The notes under the pieces: generated by a model
The model's database searches: none
What the model was told of the DNA's origin: nothing
Seen by the model: only the letters and a program-made list of their open reading frames with translations
Shown: positions 17,328-26,317 of the stretch, piece by piece
How the letters are laid out: every line of letters starts with the position of its first letter
How positions within the stretch are numbered: the first letter of the stretch is position 1
Assembly (NCBI GenBank): GCA_036336225.1
Contig: JAYZGM010000230.1
Coordinates: 1-37,716 of the forward strand
DNA: 37,716 bases
Direction: 5' to 3'
DNA from: Acidobacteriota bacterium
GTDB lineage: Bacteria; Acidobacteriota; Vicinamibacteria; Vicinamibacterales; UBA8438
Made by a program: the position numbers and the translations under genes

Positions 17328-18401
17328 CTACTCCCTCGCACCATAGCTCCGGCTGAATCCGTTGCGGCTGTTGGTCACCGTGAACGACCCGTCGGACCGA
17401 GCCGCGATATGGATCCAGTACGCATCCCCCAGGTGAACCGACGAGTTCTCCTCCGCTCCTTCAAAGTCCTGCAGGTTGGCGATGAACTCCTCAGGCGCGT
17501 TGTGTTCCGCCCCGCCCGGCACCGAGTAATGATTCTGCCAGAGATCCTCCAGTGTCTCGACCGTCCCGAGGATCTGAAAGGTCTGCACCGCCCCGCCCTT
17601 GCGCGGTCCGTTGTTCATGACGCCAACCCGTGGGCGAAGTGCCTGCACCAATGCCTCGGAGCCAGATGTGTCGGAGCCATGATGCGACACGAGGTAGAGG
17701 TCGACCGCGCCCACCTTGTTGTCAGGGCACATAAGCGCGTGTTCCTTGTTCCAAGTGAGGTCGCCCATGATGACGGTGCGGAATGCTCCGTGCCCCACGA
17801 AGACGCTGACCGAGAGCTGGTCTTCGGCGTCGCCGTATCGGCTCGTGATGTTGTCCCCATGAAAGACAAAGCCGTCACAAAAGGGATTTGGGGCTCCGGC
17901 CCCTGGTAGCGGTGTGTCGAGAATGTTCCCGTCCGACGCGATGATGCGAACGTCGAGCCCCTCGAGGCCGAGGTTGTCGCCAGGTTTGACCGCTCGATGG
18001 GAGCCGCGGCGCAATTCGGCGTAGTGCTCAAAGGCCGTCACCTGTCGATCTCCGGTATCGACGGTCACCCCATGGTCCACGAAGTTCTGGATCGACAGCC
18101 GTTCGGCCAGTTGATGTGAACCACCCATATGGTCGCCATGAAAATGGGTGACCACCAGATGGTCGATTTGACTGACACCGGCATCGGCCGCCGCAGCAGC
18201 GATGCGGTCGGCGTCGCGACCGTCAAAACCGGGCCATCCGGTGTCGACCAGCATCGATTCACCTGCCGGCGACACGAACAACGTGGCCTCTCCACCCTCG
18301 ACGTCGATCATGTAGATATTCAAGGTGTCCGCGGATTGGGCTTGAGCCACCACCGAAAGACCAAGCCAGACGCCGACCGCCGTCCTGAGGTTGATTCGCA
18401 T
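17328..18401 (-). CDS. Secreted MBL-fold metallo-hydrolase (ComEC/Rec2-related beta-lactamase-fold group)
   Basis: Signal-like MRINLRTAVGVWLGLSVVAQAQS. HxHxDH motif in LVVTHFHGDHMGG. Later VSHHGSDTSGS. AGGAAG lies upstream of the ATG. Confidence 0.8.
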   Translation of the reverse strand: MRINLRTAVGVWLGLSVVAQAQSADTLNIYMIDVEGGEATLFVSPAGESMLVDTGWPGFDGRDADRIAAAAADAGVSQIDHLVVTHFHGDHMGGSHQLAERLSIQNFVDHGVTVDTGDRQVTAFEHYAELRRGSHRAVKPGDNLGLEGLDVRIIASDGNILDTPLPGAGAPNPFCDGFVFHGDNITSRYGDAEDQLSVSVFVGHGAFRTVIMGDLTWNKEHALMCPDNKVGAVDLYLVSHHGSDTSGSEALVQALRPRVGVMNNGPRKGGAVQTFQILGTVETLEDLWQNHYSVPGGAEHNAPEEFIANLQDFEGAEENSSVHLGDAYWIHIAARSDGSFTVTNSRNGFSRSYGARE

Positions 18402-18640
18402 GGGTTGTATCTTCCTATAACCCGGGACTCCCGGGTCGTTACTGAACCTCGACGACCAACCCGGTTTGACAAGCGCTTCGACTCGAGGACACTTCTCTCG
18501 ACGGCGAGGCGAGGATGAGACTCCCAGATTGCTATTAGGTGGTTAGACTGATCCGGAGCTCCGCATGGCACGAGTGTAACGGCGTGCCCTCGTGAGTGCC
18601 AGCGTCGGCGGCAGTCTCAGATCGAGAAGGGACCGGTGGT

Positions 18641-19151
18641 GTGATTCATGCGTCGACGGACGTCGTGTCCGCCTCCTTCGCGGGCGACGCGATCTCGGTC
18701 GGACTTTCGACTGGTGGCGAGAGTTGCTGTGACCTTGCCATTGTCCAGATCGGGTCCTTGTCGTCCAAGGACACGTTTGAGCATCTCGAGGCTCGACGAG
18801 AGCATCGCGATCGATCCCTACTACGAGACCAGCCGGCGCGGCATCTCTTTCGGTGATGTGCACGGCGACATCAAGCTGAGCGCAGTCGCCTGGGTCGAAG
18901 GGGGCCAGGCGGCCCTCTACGCGTTCAAGGAAATCGCAGGCCCCCATTTGGTTGAATGAGAAACGGTTCTGGGACAACAAGATCGTCCTCATCGGGGATA
19001 AGATTGCCCAGGCGGCCCGGAGGATTCCCGCCCCCCCGGGGCTGGCCGCGTCCTGGACATCGTGCGGCGGGCCGGGTACATAGTCCTCTCGTTCATGTTG
19101 ACAGGAACCGACGCTTTTTGCGTACGGCCCTCGGTGACAAGGAGAAGCTGA
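18641..19151 (+). pseudogene. Possible decayed small gene (at least 3 frameshifts) immediately upstream of the 19153 gene; family unknown
   Basis: Protein-like, high-GC3 stretches switch frame. Frame 2 (18641-18792): MIHASTDVVSASFAGDAISVGLSTGGESCCDLAIVQIGSL. Frame 0 (to about 18950): LDESIAIDPYYETSRRGISFGDVHGDIKLSAVAWVEGGQAALYAFKEIAGPH. Frame 1: LNEKRFWDNKIVLIGDKIAQAARRIPAPP. Frame 0 after a C7 run (19031-19037): GAGRVLDIVRRAGYIVLSFMLTG...*. The final TGA (19149-19151) sits 1 nt before the next gene's GTG. Confidence 0.35.
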
Positions 19152-19152
19152 C

Positions 19153-20148
19153 GTGATCTACAGGTCTCGGGTCTCTGCGGTGTCGGCTGTTGTTCTCGGT
19201 TTGATCCTCTGGGCCGCTCCTCTACCGGTCGTCGCCCAATCTGAAACGGGCCGGCGGTATGTCGCGCCGCGCACGCAATACGGCGATCCCGACCTGCAAG
19301 GGTTCTGGACCAACCAGACCTACACACAGCTCGAGCGTCCCGATGGCGTGAACAACCCGTTCTACACCGAGGAAGAGGCGGCGGCCATTCGTGAGGGGCG
19401 GGCCGTGCGCGAGTCGTCACTCACCGAGCCGGGGACCATTCCGGATGTGCACTACGACTTCACGCAGTTCGGTCTTGACCGAAGTCAGGCCACGATGGCT
19501 GACAACCTTCGAACGTCATTGATCGTCGATCCATCGAATGGGAGACTTCCCCCTCGGACTGAGGAGGGACAACGACGAGCGGTCCAGCGGCGGGCGGAGC
19601 GAGAGGCGCGGGGGGGGCCGTATGACGCCGCCGAGAATCTACCGTTGGGGGCACGGTGCATCATCACCGGGACTGCCGGTCCGCCAATGCTCAACGCCGG
19701 TTACAACAGCAACTTTCACATCGTACAGGGCCGTGACCACGTGATGATCCTGATTGAGATGCTGCATAACGCTCGGATCATCCCGCTCGATAGCGGCGAC
19801 GAGCCGCCTGAGATCACCCGCCAATGGATGGGATTGTCACGCGGTCGCTGGGAAGACGACACCCTGGTAGTGGAGACCACCAACATCAACGGCAAGAACC
19901 CGTTTCGTGGCTCGAGTGACCGGATGCGGGTGACAGAACGGTTTACGCGTGTAGCCGATGATGCAATCGATTACACCTTTACGGTGGAGGACGACGGGAC
20001 GTGGGTGCGTCCCTGGACCGCGGTGATGCCGATGACGCGGTCACGTGGACCGCTCTTCGAACATGCCTGCCACGAGGGAAATTACGGACTCACGAATATC
20101 CTAGCCGGGGCTCGGGCAGAAGAGGCGCGCGCGGCGGCAGAGCGATAG
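19153..20148 (+). CDS. Secreted conserved protein of unknown function
   Basis: GTG start with AAGGAG about 10 nt upstream. Signal peptide MIYRSRVSAVSAVVLGLILWAAPLPVVAQS. Motifs GDPDLQGFW, WMGLSRGRWEDDTLVVETTN and FEHACHEGNYGLTNILAGARAEE, which I recall from uncharacterised proteins of other diderm bacteria. Confidence 0.8.
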   Translation: MIYRSRVSAVSAVVLGLILWAAPLPVVAQSETGRRYVAPRTQYGDPDLQGFWTNQTYTQLERPDGVNNPFYTEEEAAAIREGRAVRESSLTEPGTIPDVHYDFTQFGLDRSQATMADNLRTSLIVDPSNGRLPPRTEEGQRRAVQRRAEREARGGPYDAAENLPLGARCIITGTAGPPMLNAGYNSNFHIVQGRDHVMILIEMLHNARIIPLDSGDEPPEITRQWMGLSRGRWEDDTLVVETTNINGKNPFRGSSDRMRVTERFTRVADDAIDYTFTVEDDGTWVRPWTAVMPMTRSRGPLFEHACHEGNYGLTNILAGARAEEARAAAER

Positions 20149-20153
20149 GCAAC

Positions 20154-20214
20154 AAAGGGGGCGGGAGTCTTTGGCGCCAGAAACATCATCGAAAAAGACG
20201 GCAGCCCCCCTTTT
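20154..20214. terminator. Candidate bidirectional intrinsic terminator between convergent genes
   Basis: AAAGGGGGC..GTCTTT (20154-20172) pairs with AAAGAC..GCCCCCCTTTT (20194-20214), giving 9-bp and 6-bp helices around a 4x4 internal loop. A T-run follows on the plus strand and an A-run precedes it, which reads as a T-run on the minus strand. Confidence 0.5.
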
Positions 20215-20257
20215 ACGTGTGACCACGGGCCCACTCCTCGTGACCCGTACGCGCTTG

Positions 20258-21721
20258 TCAGTCCCCGATGGGGTCCGACTGCGCGCCGGTTTGCACGGCC
20301 CAGATACGGTTGCGAGTCAACAGATACATGACCCCATCGCGTACGACCGGGGTACTGTAGACCGAAGCCCCCATATTGATCTCGCCCAGGAGCTCCATCT
20401 CGGTGCCAGCCCGCAAGACGGCGATGTCGCCGTCTTCGTCACCAAGCAGCACCTTGCCATCGACCACAAAGGGTGAGCCCCAGACGGCCGCGAACGCGTC
20501 GTAGGTCCAGTGCTCCTCGCCGGTGTTGGGGTCGAGCGCGTGCAGGAATCCTGACAAGCTCGAGATATAGAGCACGCCGTCCGCGATGGCGGCCGTGGAC
20601 ATGGTGCGGTAAAAGTCGTCGCCGTCACGACTCCATACTTTGTGGGTGTCGGTGACGTTCCCAGAACCTGTGGCGTCGATGGCATAGAAGTGCCCCGGCG
20701 CCTCTCCGTGTTCCGGGTCTTGCCCCACACCGATATACACCTTGTTTTCCCAAATGACCGGTGTGGCGAGAATGTTGTTGCGTGTTCCGCGCCCGCCGAG
20801 AATCCACTCCGATCCCTGTGGATTGCCGTCGAACGTCCACAACGTCTCACCCGTTTCGGGGTCGAGACTGTACACGACACCATCACCTCCGGCCACAACA
20901 AGTTGTGCACGCCCGTCGATGACTCCATAGGTTGGGTTGGTCCAACTTCCATGCAGGAGGCCCTCTCCAACATCAGTGTTTTCCCAGAGGAGCTCGCCGG
21001 TGTTCTTGTCGAGGGCGATGACGTTGGGAGAGAACGGAGACGGGATGTTGACATGACCTTCGTCCACGCCATTGCTCGTCACAGTGAACAACACATCACC
21101 GATAACAAGCGGCGAGCCGGTGGCGAGGTTGTGCGGGAACACATCGAGCTCACCAATCATGTCGTAAGACCAAATGATGTCCCCGTCGGACGACTCGGTT
21201 CCGGTCTCATCCATGAAGGGACCATCGTTGCCATTGCTGAGTCCGTTGGCGTCCAGACACACGACGTGCGCTTGGTTGGAGACATACCAGACGCGGTCGC
21301 CCTGGACGAAGGCCGTCGAGCAGACACCCTGTAGGGGCCAGTCGTTGACCCGGCCCGCCGACAGCTTGTCGTGCACCATCTGCCAGACGAACTCACCGTT
21401 CGCGGCGTCAAACGCCATCAGCACGCCCATGTCGCCGTCATACGCGGGGTTGCGGACACCTTCGTTGTTGGTGCCGACATAGACCTTGCCGTTGGCCACC
21501 ACGGGACCGCCGTAGGCCTGTGAGCCGACCGGTTGTGTCCACAGGATGTTCTCGCCGGTCCGCGGGTCCCAGCTCTCGGGCACACCCGTTTCGTCCGACA
21601 CCATGTTGCGAGACGGTGTATTCCCGAACATTGCGATTTCGTCTTGAGCCGCCGCTCGACCCGTCGTTCCGATGACGACGAGGCTGACCAATACGAGGTG
21701 CGTCACACGCTGTCGAGTCAT
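20258..21721 (-). CDS. Secreted PQQ-like (BamB-like) beta-propeller repeat protein
   Basis: 487 aa with signal-like MTRQRVTHLVLVSLVVIGTTGRAAAQ. Recurring propeller-blade patterns (GKVYVGT, DRVWYVS, GDVLFTV, GVVYSLDPETGETLW, GVLYISSLSGFLHALDPNTGEEHW, GVMYLLT). Its ATG overlaps the upstream gene's stop by 4 nt. Confidence 0.8.
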   Translation of the reverse strand: MTRQRVTHLVLVSLVVIGTTGRAAAQDEIAMFGNTPSRNMVSDETGVPESWDPRTGENILWTQPVGSQAYGGPVVANGKVYVGTNNEGVRNPAYDGDMGVLMAFDAANGEFVWQMVHDKLSAGRVNDWPLQGVCSTAFVQGDRVWYVSNQAHVVCLDANGLSNGNDGPFMDETGTESSDGDIIWSYDMIGELDVFPHNLATGSPLVIGDVLFTVTSNGVDEGHVNIPSPFSPNVIALDKNTGELLWENTDVGEGLLHGSWTNPTYGVIDGRAQLVVAGGDGVVYSLDPETGETLWTFDGNPQGSEWILGGRGTRNNILATPVIWENKVYIGVGQDPEHGEAPGHFYAIDATGSGNVTDTHKVWSRDGDDFYRTMSTAAIADGVLYISSLSGFLHALDPNTGEEHWTYDAFAAVWGSPFVVDGKVLLGDEDGDIAVLRAGTEMELLGEINMGASVYSTPVVRDGVMYLLTRNRIWAVQTGAQSDPIGD

Positions 21722-23931
21722 TGGTTCTCCACCACACTGACGTTGTCGAAGTAGATGTCGATCGGAGAGTAGCCGATGATGCCGGGGCTCCCACTATCAT
21801 TCGGGAGCGGGTCCTCCACGGTAATCGTCCAATCGGAGGGTTCGTCGTCCTCGGCCGGCCACACCTTGCCGCGGATGAGACCCCGGCCGCTCTCCACGTC
21901 CACCCTGAGCTTTAGCCGGTACCACGTATCCGGTTCCCACGAGAAATCGATTTCCTCTCGGATTCGAAGCTCGGCCGCCCACGACTGGATCTGAATCTTC
22001 TGCCGGTTTCCTTGCAGGTCCATCGTGTAGCCGCTGTTGATCAGACCGATATCTGGGCGCCGGCGACCGCGCTGGGTCGAGAGCACATCGACCTGCACGG
22101 TGTAGTCGCGCATGTCAGCGGGGCCCATGTAGATGGCGTGGCGATGGATCCCAGTGCGTGAGGCACCTTTTCGGAAGACCTGATTGCCCGCCAGATCTTC
22201 GACTGCCAAGCTTCCACCCCCGCCGATCCAGTGAGGAGGTCGCCCGCTCTCGAAGTTTTCCGACCACGGCAGGGGCGCGTAGAGCCGGACCTGCGCGATC
22301 GCGCTCAGCGTCCCCACCGTGGCCGTGACCGTGCTTGCCTGATTCGCGGCCCGGGCATCGGTCGAGAGGACCCCCTCTGGGGAGATGCCACCGCCGGCGA
22401 GGCTGTCGACAGCCCACGTGGCATCGCGAGCACCGAGGAACCGGCCGATCGCGTCATACGCCCGAACCTGGAACGCTACCGTATCGCCAGCCGAGGCGAT
22501 GACTTCTGCGGGCACGACCTGCAGGGTAGCGGCGGTGTCGGTGGCCTCCGCTTCGGCGTCGAGCTCGGGAGCCGAGCCGGTTGCTGCCATGAAGGGGGCG
22601 CCCGGGTCTCCGATGCAATAGATACCGGATTCGGCCGTCACATAAAGGCGTCCATAGCCGATCGCAAAAGACCCATAAATCTCGGCGTTTCTCCCATCCT
22701 CGACCTGGAGCTCGTCGTGGTCGAGCTCGGTCGCCCCGTCCGGCCCGGGCTGGAGAATACGTATGTTGCCGTTGGTCTCTGTGATGAACAACTTCCCGTC
22801 GGCCCACACCGGTGAGGCTTTGCCAACGGTGCCAACACTTTGATCCCACTCAATCGCACCGGTGGCCGCGTCGAGCGCGAACAGATTGGCCGAGTTGTCA
22901 ATGACGTAGAGACGCCCCTCGTGAATGAGCGGTGACGAGAATCCGACCGCCATCTCGTCGGCGCGCCATTGCTCGTGCGTGGTGGTGACGTCGCCGGTCC
23001 CGGTCGCGTCGATCGCGACCACCCGCCCCATGACGGTCGTGTCGATGTTCTCCTCGCTATGCGCGACATACACGGTGTTGTCATCCAACACGGGTGAAAC
23101 GTTGATGCCACGCTTGCTGAGATGGAACTCCCAGACCTTTTGGCCGGTGCGGGCATTGAGCGCGTAGATGTGCCCGTCGGCATTGCCGTCGATCCAGAGC
23201 CGCTGTCCGTCGACGACCCCGATGACGCCGACCGACTGCGTGTTCATGTCGGCCACGTTGCCACCCGGTGTCGAGCTCCACCGCACTTCGCCCGTCATCT
23301 TGTCGAATCCAAAGTAGCGATGACGAGGGGGACCGCCGAGATTGCCCCACCCGGCGCCGATGATGCTCAGCAGGAGCTGGTCTTCATCGACGAGTGGGGT
23401 AGAAGTCCGTCCACCATACCCAGATGCCCGACCCAGTTCCTCGGCGAGCCGCCAGCTCCAGACGATGGAGCCGTCGCGGTCGAAAGCGTTGAAATGGCCG
23501 TCGATGTTCATTGCGTAGAGATAGCCGGTGTCTGGGTCGCCTGTGACGCTGCCCCAGCCCACGCGGTTGAACGGCACGGTCGTATTCAACACGTTGAAGT
23601 TGTGCTGCCAGAGCTTTTCGCCGCTCTCGGCGTTCCAACAGGCGACCACCTCTTGTTCGTCGACACCGTCGCCCGTGCGGCCGTTGGCACACACGCGGCC
23701 GTCGAACACGGCCGGGGTCGACCGTCCGACCCACTCATCCGACCAGACGAGGTTTTCGCCGTCGGGTGACCAGCTCGAGACCAGACCGGTCTCATCCGAT
23801 ACGCCGGTTCGGGCGGGTCCTCTCCAACTGGGCCAGTCATTGGCCACGGCCGGGCCGGCGAGACCCAGTAATAGTCCCACCAAGATCGCCGCGGCCACCC
23901 CTCGCCGAGAGTCATGTGCAGCCGTGTTCAT
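21718..23931 (-). CDS. Secreted PQQ-like beta-propeller protein with C-terminal Ig-like (Big_2-type) and LamG/DUF1080-like jelly-roll domains
   Basis: The ORF track gives 21718..23988. I prefer the ATG at 23931 (MNTAAHDSRRGVAAAILVGLLLGLAGPAVANDWPSWRGP), which has GAGGA upstream. Propeller blades include GHIYALNARTGQKVW, GRLYVIDNSANLFALDAATGAIEW and GKLFITE. Then LQVVPAEVIASAGDTVAFQVRAYD (Ig-like). Then WSENFESG...YRLKLRVD...IYFDNVSVVENQ (lectin-like). Confidence 0.8.
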   Translation of the reverse strand: MNTAAHDSRRGVAAAILVGLLLGLAGPAVANDWPSWRGPARTGVSDETGLVSSWSPDGENLVWSDEWVGRSTPAVFDGRVCANGRTGDGVDEQEVVACWNAESGEKLWQHNFNVLNTTVPFNRVGWGSVTGDPDTGYLYAMNIDGHFNAFDRDGSIVWSWRLAEELGRASGYGGRTSTPLVDEDQLLLSIIGAGWGNLGGPPRHRYFGFDKMTGEVRWSSTPGGNVADMNTQSVGVIGVVDGQRLWIDGNADGHIYALNARTGQKVWEFHLSKRGINVSPVLDDNTVYVAHSEENIDTTVMGRVVAIDATGTGDVTTTHEQWRADEMAVGFSSPLIHEGRLYVIDNSANLFALDAATGAIEWDQSVGTVGKASPVWADGKLFITETNGNIRILQPGPDGATELDHDELQVEDGRNAEIYGSFAIGYGRLYVTAESGIYCIGDPGAPFMAATGSAPELDAEAEATDTAATLQVVPAEVIASAGDTVAFQVRAYDAIGRFLGARDATWAVDSLAGGGISPEGVLSTDARAANQASTVTATVGTLSAIAQVRLYAPLPWSENFESGRPPHWIGGGGSLAVEDLAGNQVFRKGASRTGIHRHAIYMGPADMRDYTVQVDVLSTQRGRRRPDIGLINSGYTMDLQGNRQKIQIQSWAAELRIREEIDFSWEPDTWYRLKLRVDVESGRGLIRGKVWPAEDDEPSDWTITVEDPLPNDSGSPGIIGYSPIDIYFDNVSVVENQ

Positions 23932-24194
23932 ACCGATAATCCTCACTGAAGATGGAAATCGCAGCCAGATAGGCCCCAAGGCCACCAAAACAAGCCACTA
24001 TACTACATGCCTCCTAGTCAAGCTGCGCCTCAAGAAGACCGGGCGCCTAGGGTGAAATCCCGCGTCGCACCGAGAGCCTGGCGTGGTGCAGCCGGAGTCG
24101 GCCAATACAAGACGCGACGAAGAAGCAACTGTGTGTTTTCGACCGAGCAGTCAGTCCGGCCGGGATTCAACGTCGCTCGAATGCCGAGGGGCAT

Positions 24195-25319
24195 TTACCC
24201 TGGGCTAGCTCGCGCGAGCGCCCAGAACAGGCCGGTGAGGGCGATGACGCCAGAGACGGGCATCACGACACGCGGGCGATACCACGCGCGATGACGACAC
24301 CAGCCGACGAGGGTCAGCGCCGCCCCTATCACCAATAGCTGTCCTATCTCGATACCAAGGTTGAAACTCACTAATCCGAGCCCCTGGTGCTCGGTCGGGA
24401 GTCCCAATTCGCGAAGGATCTCCGCGAATCCCAACCCATGGAGTAACCCAAAGCCAAATACCACAGCTGGCCGCCAAGGCATGAGTCGACTGGTGACCAG
24501 GTTCTCGACGGCGACGTATACGATCGATAACGCAATCAGCGGTTCCACGATACGGGCGGGCAGCGAGACAACCTCGAAGACCGCGAGAGATAGTGTCACG
24601 GCATGGGCGAGGGTAAACGCCGTTACTTGCCATACGAGCGCACGAAGTTGTGTGCTTAGCAAGAACAATCCCAAAACGAATAGGATGTGGTCGAGACCGC
24701 GTGGCACGATGTGCACGAGCCCGAGCCGAAGATACTGGCGGGCCAGCGCGGGCCCGGATGGGGGCTCGACCGGCCCCACCAACAGAAAGGGGTCGCTCCG
24801 GGCACCGCGCTCGAGCAGGGCCCGATGCGTCACGTCCCGTGCCTCGTCTCGGATCACGAGGTCGACCTCGGAAAATGCACGCGAGGCGAAGAACTCAAGC
24901 TCCATGGCTCCTTCCGGAACCACTCCCTCGAGACGTGCCGTCACCCCTAGCACGGTGGGGATGTCAGCCTCGGTGGCCGCCGGGGTGCCATAGTCTGGAA
25001 ACGTCACCTTGAATGGCTCCGGTCGGTCGTCGAAGCGAAACCGTACACGTCGCTCGAAGAGACGTCTCACGCCCTCGACCTGCTCCGGAAATTCGGTCGC
25101 GGTCATGGCCGTGAGTTCCGCGGCGAGTCCCGCATCGTCAGCACCAGGGGGAGCACCCAAGGCCAGCGCGTCAAGGTCCACGATGAGCTCGGCGACGAAG
25201 GTCCCATCTCCGGGCAGAAGCACTGTCGTGCCGGTGACCGTCATGGGGTGAGCGTTGGACCGCACCGCGAGAGCACAGAGGACCATGCACACCGATGTCT
25301 GCCACCGCAGTCTTCGCAT
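24195..25319 (-). CDS. HupE/UreJ-family membrane protein (HupE_UreJ_2 type, with N-terminal periplasmic domain)
   Basis: Signal peptide plus an extracytoplasmic part of about 180 aa. Then a TM bundle with GLDHILFVLGLFLL, AFTLAHAVTLSLA, SIVYVAVENL, FGFGLLHGLGFAEIL and NLGIEIGQLLVI, which are characteristic of this family from memory. Confidence 0.8.
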   Translation of the reverse strand: MRRLRWQTSVCMVLCALAVRSNAHPMTVTGTTVLLPGDGTFVAELIVDLDALALGAPPGADDAGLAAELTAMTATEFPEQVEGVRRLFERRVRFRFDDRPEPFKVTFPDYGTPAATEADIPTVLGVTARLEGVVPEGAMELEFFASRAFSEVDLVIRDEARDVTHRALLERGARSDPFLLVGPVEPPSGPALARQYLRLGLVHIVPRGLDHILFVLGLFLLSTQLRALVWQVTAFTLAHAVTLSLAVFEVVSLPARIVEPLIALSIVYVAVENLVTSRLMPWRPAVVFGFGLLHGLGFAEILRELGLPTEHQGLGLVSFNLGIEIGQLLVIGAALTLVGWCRHRAWYRPRVVMPVSGVIALTGLFWALARASPG

Positions 25320-25380
25320 ACGGCTATCCTACGCTAGTGTCGTGTAAACGTGAGTTGGTGCATACGTTCCGTTTTGAAGC

Positions 25381-26283
25381 ATGCCTGGTGAAACCCTCGC
25401 CCTGACGTTGCTCGCGTCCGCTAAGTTGATGACCGACGTGGGCATCGTGTGGCTGGTCGGGGTCTCCGTCTTTCGGGGGCTGGCGTTGGGCGCGGGACGG
25501 AGGGGAGACCTTGGGCTGGAACGACGCCTGGTCCGGCAGGCGGGTCTCGCACTCGGACTGTTGTTTATGGCGTCCGCCGGCCGGTTGTATGCCCAGACCT
25601 ATTCGTCCTTTGGCCTCGACGAGCCGGTGACCGCTGCTTTGCTTCGTCTCGTGGCCGAACAGACCCGGTGGGGAGAGCGGTGGATCTGGCAGAGCGCGGC
25701 GGTTGTGGCGGCGGCTCCCGTGGTGGCCATCGCGGTGATCGGAGTGTCTTGGGCGTGGTGGCTTGTGGCCATCGCCACCGTGGGCATCGTCGTGACCTCT
25801 CCAATGACGGGACACGCGTTGTCGTATTCGGATGGGGCGTTCTGGCCGATGACGCTCCAGATTGTCCATTTGGCGGCGGCCGGTGCCTGGCTGGGCACGC
25901 TCCTCGTCCTCGTGACGGAAGGGCTTCGCCCGGTCATTTCGACGGGGACAGACGTGGTTGGGCTCGTGGCGCGGTTCTCGGGTGTTGCGTTGGTGGCGGC
26001 AGGCGCGGTGGGACTGACCGGGGTTCTGACCGCGTGGTTCTATGTCGACCATCTGCCACAGCTGTGGCAGACCGCCTACGGTCGTGTCCTGTTGGTGAAG
26101 ACCGGGCTTTTCGGTCTTACGGCGCTGACGGGTGCCTATAACTGGAAGGTGGTGCGTCCCGCGTTGGGGGCGCCGGCGGGGGTCGCCCGGCTCCGGCGCT
26201 CCGGCGCCGCCGAACTCGCGGTCGCGGTTGTGCTTCTCGCGGTCACCGCGTGGCTCGTGCATCTCCCGATGCCACACGAGTAG
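25381..26283 (+). CDS. CopD-family copper-resistance-type integral membrane protein
   Basis: 300-aa polytopic membrane ORF. LVKTGLFGLTALTGAYNWKVVRP and the multi-TM layout resemble the CopD/YcnJ C-terminal family. It is divergent from the HupE/UreJ gene across a 61-bp spacer. The 317-aa antisense ORF is Arg/Pro-rich shadow. Confidence 0.7.
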   Translation: MPGETLALTLLASAKLMTDVGIVWLVGVSVFRGLALGAGRRGDLGLERRLVRQAGLALGLLFMASAGRLYAQTYSSFGLDEPVTAALLRLVAEQTRWGERWIWQSAAVVAAAPVVAIAVIGVSWAWWLVAIATVGIVVTSPMTGHALSYSDGAFWPMTLQIVHLAAAGAWLGTLLVLVTEGLRPVISTGTDVVGLVARFSGVALVAAGAVGLTGVLTAWFYVDHLPQLWQTAYGRVLLVKTGLFGLTALTGAYNWKVVRPALGAPAGVARLRRSGAAELAVAVVLLAVTAWLVHLPMPHE

Positions 26284-26317
26284 TGCGTGGTGGCTGCAGG
26301 GTTCGGCGCGACGCGAG

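Noticed and set aside
18421-18435. Palindrome CCCGGGA-C-TCCCGGG upstream of the MBL-fold gene as a terminator or operator
   Set aside because: GC-only 6-bp stem with a 3-nt loop and no U-tract. It is easily produced by chance at this GC content, and nothing corroborates it.
18543-18992. 149-aa minus-strand ORF in the 18.4-19.15 kb gap
   Set aside because: It is codon-aligned antisense to plus-strand segments that have higher third-position GC. Its C-terminal half is Arg-rich nonsense (RPRSRRPRRRRTRRP). I kept only the low-confidence plus-strand pseudogene.
19097-19130. TTGACA hexamer upstream of the 19153 gene as a sigma-70 -35 box
   Set aside because: No acceptable -10 hexamer at 16-19 nt spacing (CGTACG/TACGGC). 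The region also appears to be the tail of a decayed upstream ORF.
23960-24010. TTGACT ... TATAGT on the minus strand upstream of the propeller operon as a promoter
   Set aside because: The spacer between the hexamers is only 13 nt, outside the functional range, so I did not call it.
25324-26277. 317-aa minus-strand ORF opposite copD
   Set aside because: Extremely Arg/Pro/His-rich with no hydrophobic core, whereas the plus-strand frame gives a coherent polytopic membrane protein.
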